A DNA stretch of 50,594 bases, the filler included, from Sphacelaria rigidula (lineage: Eukaryota), in assembly GCA_964200075.2 (NCBI GenBank). It is 3 parts of 3 records of this genome, joined end to end, with 100 filler letters (N's around TTAATTAATTAA, not from the genome) between each part and the next. Parts side by side here need not be neighbours in the genome. Positions count along the whole stretch, not along the records: positions 1 to 16,806 come from CAXNAA020001252.1; 2 more parts are not named here. The stretch is one strand, 5' to 3'. The notes beneath the pieces were generated by a model. The model did no database searches. It was not told the origin of the DNA and saw nothing but the letters and a program-made list of their open reading frames with translations. A program made the translations under genes and the position numbers. Position 1 is the stretch's first letter, and the number at the start of each line of letters is the position of its first letter. Below, in pieces: positions 1-13,429 of the stretch.

Positions 1-374
1 CCCACCCACGCCCCCCCCCACCTCTCAAACCTAAGGCCGGGAGGATAATGATAAACCCCCCCCCCCCCCCCCAAATTCTTCATAAGTTTCAAATATTCAA
101 ACACGAGCTCAGCCTGTCAAATAAACACTTTGAAATAATTGGAAGAATCGGACATATTTGAATGATAACCGACCGTTGTCTGAATATGAGCGAGCCGTAA
201 GTATCATTCTTTTTTAGGTTTAGCACGGCCGAGTATGCACAGCACCAACGAAGTTCTCGCCCCCAACCGTTCGCAACATAGCGGCGGGGTCACTGTCACT
301 CGATTACCGCGGTCGAGAAGTAAGGTCAAAGTTCCCGGATGATAAATTCCCGGGTGAATGCCGGGATTATTACT

Positions 375-3300
375 TCAGCGAGTCTCACCAGCGTCCCTGT
401 CACGGCCCAGGCCAAAATGGCGTCTGCTTATCCTGCCGTTGCCATTGCTGACCCCAGAATCTGTGTTCCATTTGTTATTCCGGTGACGGCTTGGCCACCC
501 GGGAGGCTTGCCCACGGCGCCGTGCAGCAAGAAATCGCAGAACTCGTGGTAGTCGACGCTCCCGCTTAGCTCCCGATCGAACGCTCGGAAAACTCTGTGA
601 GATATATGTATTCGTAGGAGTTTTTGTTCTGAACATGCGAGAGATGAGAGTAGAATTGTGCGACATATTCAGCATCCCCTGGGGCGGCTACTGATGAGAA
701 TGTATTGCCGGAGGGGCAAAGAATTTCGTGTTATTGCATGTATTCAAGTCGTAGCGCACGTTCAATCCTGAAAATGGATCCACAGAGACAGAATAAGCGG
801 TCGCAATATGGGTTGGTTGGCTCTCTCCCATACGCTACACGACGAGACTCTCGATTAGCATTTGAGATACTTGTTCTCCTGTGGGAGCGTTCGTTTAAAC
901 TAATCAATTCCGTGGGCGCATTGAGTTTGATTTGATAAGTAAGACTGTGCTACCTTCGCCCTCAAACTTTCACATGGTACGGCTTGGTTCACGTCGTGAT
1001 TTAGTATTTCCAGCTAGGTGACGGTGACAACGGTTGCTGAGATGTATGCGTGCATCTATAGGAACAATGGCCGCGTGAGACAATCACTTGCCCCGTCCGG
1101 TTTAGGAATAATCATGCGAGAAATAAAAATCTGTCACGGTTGAAACATTGTCATGTGAGAGCCTGCCTCTTGCGCGAAATATCTTTTGAGCATAGACGGA
1201 TAGGGTTCGACCCGTTATATCACGACTGATTCCGGAGAACGGGGACGAGCTTGCCTGCACTAATTAAAAAAAAATAGGGAAGGGTCTTCCTCGAGCCATC
1301 ACGACTAAGTCGGAAAAAATGGGAGAGCAATCGACGGGAGCCCCGCGATTAATTTCGAAGCCAGTTAGGGACGAGCTGACTCGAGACATACGGTGAATTC
1401 GAAAAAGACAAGGGACGAGTTGACCCGAGTCATCACAACTACTCCGAAATTTATGGCCACTACTGAATCAACGACTCGGGGCCGAACGATTAAGATCGAC
1501 TAAGATCGACTAAGGTCGGCCTTGTTCGACCCTTCGAAACTTGGTCACGTATCTTGCCATTAAAGAACACGACACGACGAAGTGTCGTCACGCGTGGTGA
1601 TATATAACCTTACTTCCTCCAATGCCAAGACGAGATGATGACATTAGCATATATGTTGTGATGATTCATGAAATAGAGCCCGTGCCTATGTATTCATGGG
1701 CCGGTCGCGCTTTTTTTGTTCTTGTGACAAATAGTGTGGGTGATGCCCTCGCGCTCACCTCCGCACGTCCCTCTCGGAGAGATAGTCGCCTATTCCGAGC
1801 TTGCGTAACCCCCTCTTGAACTGGAGCGAGGTGAGCGTACCGTCGCCGTCAGTGTCCATCCTTCGGAACACCTTGTTATCGAGGAAGACAAATGGTACGA
1901 TAGATGTAGGAGCAATTATGCCGTATAGATAAAAACACTTCGTAGTGAATAAAGGAAAATCAGGTAGTTTCGAGAGCCAAGGCCGGGTGGACGATATACT
2001 GCTGGGACAATCGATGGTTCTGATTCGCCATCAGACGCGGAGGAGCTGAGTGCGGCCGCTGTCTCTTTTTTGTTCTGGTACTTTACGAGCAATTATATTT
2101 TGCTGAGGGCATCGAACAAAGTGCGAGAGTGATGATAAAGTGCCGATGTTCGGTGCGTGTTGTCCTTCAGAAATATCGCGCTTGCCTTGAATACATACCC
2201 TTATTGTGCGTACTTTTTGCATCGCGGGGATGGATGCCCCGAACCAACTCGCTGTGCGTTCTTCAACTGCAGAAACTTGGACTAGGAAGTGCGCATGACT
2301 TCGTGCATGTGTACCTTCGATGAGGAACTCGTCGTCTGGCATTGCCGAATCACGGCCCTCGGACTTGAGCAATAATATTTGGGCACCACTCCCGTCGGAT
2401 CGGCTATTCCTATCGCGACAGCGCGCACAAGCATGGAGTTCGATACCATGACGCCGATTTTACTGGCCGAAGTTCAGCCCTTTGCCGCGTGCCCCGAGGA
2501 CGCAATCTCTTGCGGCGCTTTGAATCGGAATCAATGGTGAATACTACATGCTGCGCCTTTACCTTGCCCATTTTATAGGAGTAGACAACCCCTCCTGTCT
2601 TTTTGTCCTTAAACTTGGTGGTGGAGATTGAGCGGAACTCTCTTTGAAGGCGTGCGACTTTCCTATCCAACCTCGCGTTTCCTGGAAAAGGTTGAACGCA
2701 CGATAAAGGGAGCGCAATTCACTTCAGCGATCGAGACCCGTTTCATCAGAGGTTACTGCTGTGTAGGTTTCGCCCATCGTGGACACCCGCCTGTCTCCAC
2801 GACTATAAAAATCCCGAAATGTACATGTTCGCGACAATTTAGAAAGGAGGGGAGACATTGACTGCTATTCGGGGAAACGTTGCAACGGGACAATATTATA
2901 CCACATATCGGAGATGCGTTTAAAGTGACTTTGCGCTCTCCGCATGGGGTATGTAGCCGGCGCTGCCAAAGCCTGGAAACTAAATGGCCATCCAGTCAAT
3001 CCACCGCATATTGTGCGCTGTGTGGAGAAAGAGTGAGGAACAACCCTCCCGAGAACTCTGCAAGCCACATGACATTAAAGTTGAGATGCTTGTCTCGCGC
3101 AGCAATGAACAACTTGCGTTTAGGCCGCATACTCACCGCACGCATCACGTGCAATTAGGGGATCGGCCAAAGTTATCGTTGCAGAGATAATGGCGTAAAC
3201 ATGAATTTCAAACCAAAATCGTCAACTGCGGATTTTCCCCGCGCGTTGGAGTTGATCATCGTTTTTTGCTGCGCACCTGTGAGCGAGTTTTGCTTGGAGT

Positions 3301-6300
3301 GCAAATCGTCGGCTCTCCATGCTCTCCCCACAGCCTCCACCAGCCCGAAGAACTCAACTTCGCGAGGTTGGCCAGGTACGCCCGCCTCCACCTACAATCC
3401 CATAGCACAGAGCGCGCAATCGCTAGTCAACGCGAAAAAATAGAATGAAATGTTTTATAACGGGGCAAATGTACCCTATAACTGGGACGCCAATCCATCA
3501 TTCCCGGGTAAATGTATGGCGTACGGTAGCACGAGGAAGGGGCGCCTTCACTAGTTCAGTGGATCACGACAGACAGCGGGCTGTTCATGGTTTTGAAATC
3601 TTTGGCTTACTGCCATCATCCGACCCAAGCCCCACCTTTATGCTTTGCACGATCAATGATAGCACGGTGGACCCATTGAGGGGAACCTTGAGCGATACAC
3701 AATCCAGATCTAAAGGAGCAGGCTCGATCTGGGGCGCACCACTTCCGGTTGCGGTATTTCTTTTGGACTCCGGATACTGCTTAGCGTTTGTTTTAAGGCA
3801 GTGGCGTAAACTATCAAGCACAGAAGATTGATTTATAGTTGTTCAAGTATTATCGTGTCAGCCAGGTATTCGAATCGCAAAATTTTAGCTGTTCCCCTTA
3901 TAATTGGTTTGCTTGGCCTGTCGCAAAGGTTGATTTATAATTGTTCAAGCATTATCGTCTCAGCCAGGTATTCGAATCTCAAAACTTTCGCGGTTCCCCT
4001 TATATTTGGTTTGCTTGGTCGCACGATGATTTCATGCGGTGTTTCGCGTGACAGGGAATGTCTACGGCGGCGAGTGTTACTCCTTCGGTGTACATAGGTT
4101 GCATACCTCTGCTCCGTACTCGACGAGTGCGGTAGTAGCATGTTGTTTGTTTTATCTAACGAGACAAGACGACACACGACATTCGTTTGAGGTAAATCGG
4201 TTCATTTGCGTTGCATGCTGTTTTTGCTCCTTCCGCTGAACAATAAATGGAAAGCGAGAATGGTTTCTGTGCTGACAAGGTGCGTGATTTGTTGCACTCA
4301 ATGAGGCCGTAGGACAGCGTAGCGTTGAAAACAGGTCACCTGTTTTTCACTGTCGTTTCGCAGTAAACATACGGTTCCACCCACACATATCCGCACCTGG
4401 AATATTTTCAGCGACCTCTCAATGTCGCGGTTGTTCATGCTAAGCTCGATCCCCATTCGCTCAAGTGCCGTCACCACCTTCGATGCTGGAAGGCGTTTTT
4501 CGTTTTGATGGTCCAGTGCCGTTAGACCTTCGTACAGATCCCGCTTGGCCTCCGATGGCTGAACGGTGCGTAGATTGGGGTTGGGGTCAGATGTAGGTTT
4601 AGAGTTTGGATTACGGTTAGTGTGCAAAGGGGGGCAGGAGAGGGAGGGGGGGGGGGGGGGGGCTCATTAAGCTTTGATGGCGACAGCAAGAAACCTGGTG
4701 AAACGGCGGCGATGGTGACAATCGAGGTCAATCGAGGGACGGGATGAAAAAGCTGTGCGCGAGTCCGCCTCTCTGTTTCGCCACTCTTGGCATGAGGTTG
4801 AAAGGCGTGTATTGCCATGCCTTCACAGATCCGTAGATTTGGCATTCGAGATTAATTTTTAGAAACAACCGTACGAAGACTGTAGGTCTGATCAGGCTTG
4901 ATCAAACTGAATATGGGTTTGATAAATAGAGTGTGGTCAGCTGCGGCTGTTGCCACCCGGGGTTCACTTTCATCCCCGGAGGAGCACATTACGAAAGCAA
5001 TTTGTTCCTGGTGAGAGGAGCGACAGAGCGTTGAGGGAATGATAAGGAACACGAGTAAACAATGATCCTTCAATTACGTAGACATTTGAGCCACCTACTG
5101 CGCGAACTTGAACAACGAGAGGGGTGTATTTGCCGTTGTGAGATAGAATGGATTGTTCTTGAGCAGACTGTATACATCGGTTACCACGAGATGCTTTGCT
5201 GAGCGTGCTCGTGTACACGCTAGCTTACCCCATCACACTCTGTTTGAAGAATTGCATTTAACCCATAACAGTTGTGCTGAACCCCATCAACGGTGTAAGA
5301 CTGCGGGTGTCGTTCATGGTCCTCGTATGGAAAATGCTGATCAACCGAAAACAGTCGTCTCCGAAACGACGGCGTTATGTCAGCAACACTTACCCCAAAT
5401 CCATGAGAACAGTAGGCATCCATTGACCCTAGCACCCAAACGCACCTTGCCGGCAAACGATTTTCTGAGACTTGTCATGATCTGGACAACCAGGGCATCC
5501 CCTCTCCTACTTCCCGTTACTCGAAGTCCCCGAAACCTGGGAAGTACCGGGATAGGGTGCTGGTGGTTATTCAAATTGCCAAAGTATCGAGAGAGCAGGC
5601 GGGCGGGGGGGGGGGGGCGGTCGGAGGTTACATGACCACCGACAGGAACTACGGATCAATGGTCTAACGACTAGTAAACGTTCTCCGCTGCTTTTTATTT
5701 ACTTTTGACCTACACAATACCCCCCCCCCCCACCCCCCACCCCCCCAACACCTTTCCCCATAGGCGAATTTGGTTGACTGAATGCATTATTATGGACCAT
5801 CGGCGATCACTCTGTTGAGAACGAATACCCGCCTTCTTCGCGACGCTTGGACGGCGGTCCCACAGCAGAGGGCTGTAAAAATTGTTTCCCCTCTTCAATC
5901 TCTACGACGTGTATCACACCAACGGCGGCACTCAGCACCTGGCGTCTTCTCCGTCAGATTCGTCGTTCTCCTCCACTGCAACGTCGCCCGGGGTAGGAGA
6001 GCCAACATCAGGGGGGAGGGTCATCATAGTCCCGAAGTTTCCTGTTGCCAGCAGTTGGTCTGCCGATTTTTGTCCCCATGTTTTTTTCTCGGCGAAGGCT
6101 ACAAAATCTTCTAGTGTGACCTCGCCTGCAAATTGACGCGTGGTGATGATCGGTAGGCGTTTGGGCGTAATCATGTGTTGCTGCCAACTTCTTCATTATT
6201 ACAACCTGCGGAATCGTGTTGTCATGTATTCGTAGCGGGCGAGTATTGGTAGCACAGAGCCATTTCACCGCAGGTCGCCCCGGTACCGACGGTATCGCCA

Positions 6301-9300
6301 ATTTCCGACAATTCTGTTTCTTCAAGGTTGTCTGTGTGCAAATCGTGCGCCGCACAGCATACGACGGCGAGTCGGATACCCTGCGCAAGCCGAACAGTGG
6401 ACTGTTTTCGGTGAAGAGTTGTGTTCTGTGTTTTGTTACACTGGAAATGTTGAATTGAATCAGATACCCCTGCAGCACCAGAATACCTAGATACTTGGAA
6501 GGCGGTATGTGATGTTAGAGTTTCGCGAGTCGTCAACGCAATTCGGACTTTCCTTTGAAATAGCTATGCCTACTGTCGCTTGGAGTAGATGCTGTGCGTA
6601 TCTTGTGTCGTTCAAAAAGTAACACCAGTCAAATGTTTTGTCAGCACAGCATGTCTTTCTCGCTGTCTCTCTGTCTCTATATCTCTATCTATGTCTCCAT
6701 CTCTCAAACAGGAGAGACCGTACCTCGCAAATACGTTCAGGGGCTCAACTCTTGTCATTATCCCAACGATGCCTTAAACTGGACGATGTTGTGCACTCTT
6801 TTGGGCTAGGAATGCGACACAGTTGACACATTGCTCTGCACCAATGTCCACGGCCTTGCATTATCGTACAACCTCCATCTGGGATGCGGGTATCCGACAT
6901 CGATGTCCAACGCGGGATATCACATCCCAGATCAATATGCATCCAGAATATTGACGTACATCTGGAATATGTATCTGGGACATGTACGTCCAACGAGTCC
7001 TTCCGGGTCGTACATCTAGGATATCAAATCCGTCTGGGATGTGCATTGACACCTCAGATGGACGTCTCATCTCGATCTGATGCCCCAGATGGAAAGGCCA
7101 GATGGATATGATATCTCACATGGATCTGATAATCCTCATGGAGGCTGTACGATAATGCAAGGCTCCGACAATGTCCTCATCAAATTATGAATAGACTGAT
7201 CCGATTGGCACCTCCGATGTTGACAAGAAGTTCCCTGGGTAATAATCTCTCTGTTTTTTGTTTGAACAAAGTAAAACGGCGAAACTCACATGTAAGTCTA
7301 CTCAAAAACGTACACACAAGCAGCATACCGCCGTAGGTTAACGTCTGTCGGCCGGGTTATACATATTGAAAATATATATATATAATATAGTTCTACCAAA
7401 TACCTGTGTGGCCATCCCCCTCTGTACATGAGTATACGTACATCTTCCTCTCTGAATAGCTGGCAGCGAATCAAGTTGAAACCTACGAAATGTATCACGA
7501 CGTGGTGCTCTCTCACCAGCGAATAAGAGGTCACAAGTGCACTCGGTACAGCAGCATGGTCCGAAAGTGATTTTATGATGAACTTGATCTTATTTTTTTT
7601 CTGATATGGTGATATTCCTATACTACATCTTGATACTCATCTCTTTAAGATGACAACCACAAGCCCTTACATTAACTAATTCTTCCGAAAACTCACCTGT
7701 GCGGTTAATGTCGAACCTATTGATCAGCGCCACGACTTGCCTCTCTCGCAGTAGAGCGTTCACCCGCAGCCGACACAGCATTTTCCGAAATTGGTCCACC
7801 GGGATAATTCCCAATCCCTCTTCGTCGAACAACCGAAACGGTCTAGAGTAGTCCAACTCCTTTTGTTCTCCATCTTTCGGTGTCTCTTGGTTTCCTCTCG
7901 CTTCCTCGGTTATCATCTTCACCAAGTCCTCGCAAACCTTACATTAGTTTCATGTCCGACGATGATTGTGCAGAGAAATAGAAAAGGGGGACGGGGAACT
8001 ACGGTACTGATTTTGAAACGATTAGTATTTAGAAGTATGGAAGATTGCTCCTGATATTACTTGTTGTAGGAGATCGCTTCACGAAAGTTATCGGGGTACT
8101 AAGGTTTGATACTACATGCCCAAACTTGGCAACCTGATTGATTGTTTTCGACGAGCGTTCCCAGTGCGCAACAACGGATTTGGTTTTTCAAAATAGTTCT
8201 GTTGTATCAAAACGCGTTTTCGGGGGAAGAACTCTCTGTTGTGTGCGTGCGATATCCTCCAGTGAGACTAGGCAATTGTTTTTGAAACGTTGCGGCAGAG
8301 TTGGGGAAAATGTGCTGTCCTTTCGAACGGACCTTTGGTGGCGCACTGAAACGTTTCAGGCCTTTACTGACTGGTCATATCGTGATGTACCATCGTCGAC
8401 CCATAACTCAGCCACGAGGATAAAAACCTTTCACAGCTTGTTTCCATAGTGATAATCGGATGACGCAAGATTCAGCGTCCACTTTCTCGAGACCTGCCCA
8501 CCACTGCCAACATGCTGAACCGGTTTCTGCTGTCTGCTTTGTTCACCTACGCTCGGTAACCCCCCACCCCCCCGCCCCGAGTTATGCCTGAGGCGTGCAG
8601 TTTGTCCCGTCAAATGAGGTTTTAAAAATTATCACTCACAAGATTCAGGGCCTCTTCCTCTGTGTGTGCTATATCCTCCAGCGTGACAGCCTTGATGGCT
8701 TCGTGTTCCTCAAGGCACTCGGCGCACAGTCCCTCCAAAAACCTGCGTGCATCCACCACATTGTGCTCTGCTTCGTCCGCTCCCACCAGCTGAGTCAAGT
8801 GAGCCTATGTCGTTTGTTATATATTTCGTCAGGCATGAGGATTCATGAGGATTCCTTGTTGTTTCCTCTCGGAATGACAGCAACACTCAGAGAGGACACT
8901 GCAACTTGATGAAAAAGCGACAATGGACCGCAGCCGAAAAAGGAATGGTTAGGGTTCAAATTACGTCGGTATTTATGGCTCATGTCCTGGAGTGCAGTAA
9001 AAAGGTTCTAGGGAAGCCCTCTTTGGCTGGTAGACTCTCATTTCGAGTCATATTTGCATGTTTCCAATGCAAGCGTCGGAGGCACCTATCCCGGGCAACA
9101 ACAAAGAATCGGAAGGCGTCATTTCGAGAGCACTTCCTCCACTATGACAGAATCTACCGGAGAGGGGATGCATCTACGTGTTCGTAGGGTCCCACCACGG
9201 GAAAGAGTGAGACACTCAAACCGATGTTTAGATACTACTGATGTTGCTTTCGTCTTCTTTTTTTTTCGTCTCTCTTCTTTCATTTTCGTTTCTCCAACCG

Positions 9301-11414
9301 CTATGTTCGCTATTTTGTTGCTTGATTACTTACTTTTCCATTTCCCGAGTTTCATTCACCGTGCGCTCCTACCTCTTCACCTGGGGTACATTTGTCTGGT
9401 GACCCAGGCTGGATTTGTGGTGGATAATATACGACAATCAATCAATATATTGACCAAGCAAGCAAGAAAGCAAGCAAGCAAGTAAGCAATGACTTCTGTG
9501 AAACCTGGGGCTGAAATAGTCGTTAAAAACGGAGACCCACCTGGTCGGTGGATCCAAATTTAATATAAGTATGGACAATGTCCGCCCCCTCTTCAACGTT
9601 TCTTAATGCCACGGTGGACATGAGAATAATTCCGGGAAAATATATATCGCTGTGCGCGTTGGGCCACGGTACTATGCTCAGCATGCTCTCGGCGTCGGGT
9701 TGATATATATGGAAAGGCATGCATATTTTTTTTCTGCATGCTTCCAACTCGTCTCCTAAATCGGAACGAGTCCAATGTCGCGAGAAGTTAGTCCATGTCT
9801 CCCCCGGTAAATGCCTGACAGTTTGATATCGTGGATTGGACCATGACCAAACACTCCCGCGCCACGGCGACATTCAATAATGTTTTCGGCCATGGAAAGC
9901 AAACGCTCTTCAGAAAAATCGAATAGAACTGACTAAATCTGCTGGGAACCGAACTCCGTGCTCCGCCCTTGGGATAAAGTTACGCCGCAAAGACTACGGG
10001 GGTGCGGCGACAACTTGCCGTGCGCTCTATCTACTTCTTTCCTCAGAGTCGATTGGATAAAAGGTATGTTGTACCTACTCCTTGCACATAACGGCAAAAC
10101 GCATCGTGAAGGGTTTGTTGTGCTTTCGTCGTGAAACTAGTCTTGTACAACATAAGTTCTGTCAACTTTACCGCGGATTCTGAAAAGTGCAGCTGATTTA
10201 CATGGGCCCCGCCCGCATATGGCTCCTGCCCGATCAGGCTAGAAATTCGAGACTAGAAAACGCTCATCATGGCATTGAAGGAGAAGCATACCAGAAGATG
10301 AGACACGATTAAAACGAATACGTCGGGCAATATTCACTGTATGTAATGCGTCCTGTGATTTGAAAGAAAAAATGATCATACCGGCGGCCCCAATTTGGTC
10401 AACCAGTTCAAGTACGCACCTATTTGGGAGGATAAATTACTACGAGTAGTACCAGGCCTGTGAGAATGTAGATTGTAAACAACAGTGGGCGAGTCTATGA
10501 CCGCCAGTGCATTGAGTTTTGTTTGCACAACCCGTAAAGGTCGCGCGTATGTGTGTCATTCTTACCCACTCCGTATCATGGATAATGTCATTATCCAGCT
10601 TTCCGTACGCCGCCAAACCGTCCCGAATGTGCTCGATGGTCGTGAAGTCCTGATCATCAGGCCGCACCGCCTTCACAACAGACTCCAGTTTCTTCGTAAA
10701 CTCGTCCCTATATGTGGGCACAACATGTGAAAAGCGGCAGCGCCAATCTGAGTACGGATATGCTCCAAAAATCAATCGATGATGCGCCCATCGCACACGC
10801 ACAAGATGAAAAATAAAAAAGAACACAAAGCCTCAAGGTATCATAAACTTCAGGGATCGGGTTCAATCCCCTAGTTTTCAAATGCTCTGGGTATACATAG
10901 GAGGATATGTATATGATACACAAGCCAGCGAAGCCAAACTCAGATTAAATGTAAAGGGTACACTCGAAAGGGGAAACCATCCTCGAAATATCATAATCTT
11001 AGGGATCGAGTTCAACCCCTGAGTATACAAATGCTCTGGGTATGCATAGGAGGATATGCATATAATACACAAACTAGCGAAGCCAAACTCACATTCAATG
11101 TACGGAATACACTCAAGGTAATCGCACCGCCATCAAAACTGGAAACATTGGCTTGAAACAATGTGGGAGTGCTGAACTGTATGCGTACATCGATGACGCA
11201 GAACACGCTATGGGTTATAGGGATGGACTCGTGGCGGATAGGGTGGTGGCAGAGACGAGTAGCCAAACGTTAAAACTCGAGTGAATTTCATCCAAAGTTG
11301 TAGGACCTTAAGGGTAAACAGCTTTTAATTCCTGGGTAACTGACAGCTGGAGTACCTTAAAATAGCGGCTGGGAGGCTTCCGGGAGAGTGCAAGACGAGC
11401 AAGATCGCTGACAT
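375..11414 (-). CDS. Multi-exon EF-hand (calmodulin-like, multiple pairs) calcium-binding protein, ~535 aa
   Basis: Hand-spliced exons on the minus strand, all with GT..AG and matching phases: 11356-11414 (ATG; least certain), 10566-10707, 8640-8804, 7697-7937, 5939-6125, 5446-5536, 4397-4558, 3277-3391, 2563-2681, 1759-1871, 389-594 (GTGAG donor, or read-through to TGA at 375-377). EF loops: FDEEGLGIIPVDQF, FDINRTG|EVTLEDF (spans a junction), MDTDGDGTLTSLQF, FDRELSGSVDYHEF. Confidence 0.85.
1205..1480. repeat. Degenerate minisatellite related to 29172-29430
   Basis: Recurring CACGACT.A.T.CG(G)A.A...GGGACGAG.TG.C.CGAG units. Confidence 0.55.
3828..4022. repeat. Tandem duplication, ~102-bp unit x2
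   Basis: TTGATTTATA.TTGTTCAAG.ATTATCGT.TCAGCCAGGTATTCGAATC.CAAAA..TT.GC.GTTCCCCTTATA.TTGGTTTGCTTGG occurs twice. Confidence 0.85.
6849..7167. mobile_element. hAT-like MITE (~319 bp)
   Basis: TIR core GCCTTGCATTATCGTACA(A/G)CCTCCAT at both ends. Flanking 8-bp near-duplication CCAATGTC (6841-6848) / ACAATGTC (7168-7175). The interior has repeated CATCTGGGA/TCCCAGAT motifs. Confidence 0.8.
10839..11118. repeat. Tandem duplication, ~150-bp unit x2, with tRNA-like 3' fragment
   Basis: TATCATAA.CTT.AGGGATCG.GTTCAA.CCC...CAAATGCTCTGGGTAT.CATAGGAGGATATG.ATAT.ATACACAA.C.AGCGAAGCCAAACTCA occurs twice. Confidence 0.8.
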
Positions 11415-11509
11415 GTGGTTACGAGCCTCATGAACCGGAAAGACGATGTTTGACGAAAGATGAGGTGCTGTCAGCTACCTTGCAAGTTCGACAGCCGATC
11501 ATCAAAACT

Positions 11510-12492
11510 GAGGATGGGGCTTTTCATTGAGGAGAAGGAGGCCCCGGAATCGCGCGCGGAAAGTGCCCATATATATATATATATATATATATATACTGTT
11601 TTCCCCCCAAAAAATACTTCGCAGCCCCTTTGGGACCGGACTCCCAGAAACATATGGTTTGCACGCAGGGTCATTTTTATCCATCGGTATTTTCAGTCGT
11701 TTTCAGGTGAAAATGGTGCTGATTCGACTTCTTAGGGTAACGACGGATCGCTCAACTGGTTGTGTCACCCAAACCTGGTGGTTGGGATTGCTTTTAATAC
11801 AAGTGCAGGTCAGGACCTGACTTTGAATTTCAAAGGAACAAAAACCCCTCTTTAAACGTGGAGTTCCGTGTTGACCCAATATTAATACAACAGCGTCTTT
11901 CAACAGCCGAATTCGATATGAAATAATAAGAACAGTTGTGATCAGCGGCGAGTTGAGTTTTTAAAAATGGTGAGGAGGAGTCACGCGGGCTTTTGAGTAT
12001 CGGGCGGTCCGTCGGATCAAAATAAACACGAGATATACCCATTGGGACGGCTTCAGGAAACCTTTGCGTTTCCCGATGGCCGTAGCTTTGTTCATGGTCA
12101 AACTTACATTTTCATTCAAGAACGGTCAAGCCCAGAATAAATCGCCAGTTTTTCTAGACCCTACCGTTCTTAACCGTTCTCGGGCGAAAATGCAAGTTTA
12201 ACAAAAAATAATTGCGGCCACCGGAAAATGCAAAGGTGTCCCAAAACTGTCTTGATGAGTGGAGTAGTATTTACAAAGTACACTACCGGTGCGCTACCAA
12301 CTTGGTAAGGATCGCTTTCATGACAAACCGTTGCCACCGTCCCCCCGGTGCACTGCGAACTTGGTCGAGGTCGCTTCCAAATCGTTGCGGTACACTCCGT
12401 AAGTGCCGCAGTATTTTCAGGAGGAAAATATCTGGGCACTTTACGCGCGCCGTTCCGGGGCTTCCTTATCCTCAATGAAAAGCTCCATCCTC
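11510..12492. mobile_element. TIR element / MITE (~980 bp) just upstream of the EF-hand gene
   Basis: GAGGATGGGGCTTTTCATTGAGGAGAAGGAGGCCCCGGAATCGCGCGCGGAAAGTGCCC (from 11510) is the near reverse complement of 12434-12492. An (AT)n microsatellite interrupts the left arm. No clear TSD. Confidence 0.7.
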
Positions 12493-13429
12493 CACTGTGA
12501 TGATCGGCTGTGAAAGGAAACCCATTTTTCGTTCAGATTTATCAGGGCGTCGGTTTCCCTGTGTTCGCTTGAAGCATTGCAATGTTTTGGCGCTTCAAAT
12601 GCAGTGCTATGCATTTTTTATGAATTTAACGAATTTTAAAGAATCTCACACAGAATCACCGTGCATGCTCGAGTCCAAGAGATGACTCGCATGAACGTTG
12701 AAGGAGACGTGGTCCAAAATGAAACATAAGGAATGTATACTGCTCATCATTGAAGGAGATACTTGCGTATGATGTTCACTATTTACCAGTGAATGTTGCG
12801 GTGTAACCTTGGGATTGCTGCTTTTGAGCGGCAGAATTCGTTATGAAAAACGAGGGCTGAAAAACAGGGAATCAGAAAATATAGTCAACACCACGTGAGC
12901 CACATGCTCACCAACGAACCGAAAACGTCAGTATTTTTGCAGGCCAACGGACGAGTCGGAAAAGCTCATACATACGTTGCTCTTATGCAGATTTCTTCGT
13001 GCGTTTTTCAAGAGTACAAACGAGCTTGAGGGTGGAGGCCTTAAGCGCCATTGTCATCCCACCTCCCCCACCCACCCACCCACTCAGACAGGAAAATGCC
13101 GGGAAACAATGGCAAACGTAAGGCTTTCAAAACTGATGCTGCACCCGTAGATGTCGGACACGGAGAATATGGGTACGTACCCTTAGTACACTCCGGAATA
13201 TATTCGAAGAGCCTACTTGTTTTGTTTCATGCCCAGGAGTGCTATCTTACCCTTACGGCTCTCTCATATTGTTGCACCCCAGCCACGGAGCCAAACAATA
13301 ACGGCTACGCGAGAGCATTTTGTCCGTGCGAGCTGTCCCATGAAAAATAGGTACCCCTGTCCTTCGGCGACTCTGCTTGCTCTGTTTTCATCTAACGTAT
13401 GCGTGCTGTTTTGCTGTCGTCCCATGTAT

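Noticed and set aside
9541..9605. Possible extra EF-hand gene exon (NVEEGADIVHTYIKFGSTDQ)
   Set aside because: Its acceptor phase is incompatible with the flanking exons, which join cleanly without it.
13096..13172. Possible plus-strand first exon MPGNNGKRKAFK...
   Set aside because: The donor is good, but the next acceptor hits a stop immediately and no downstream exon chain was found.
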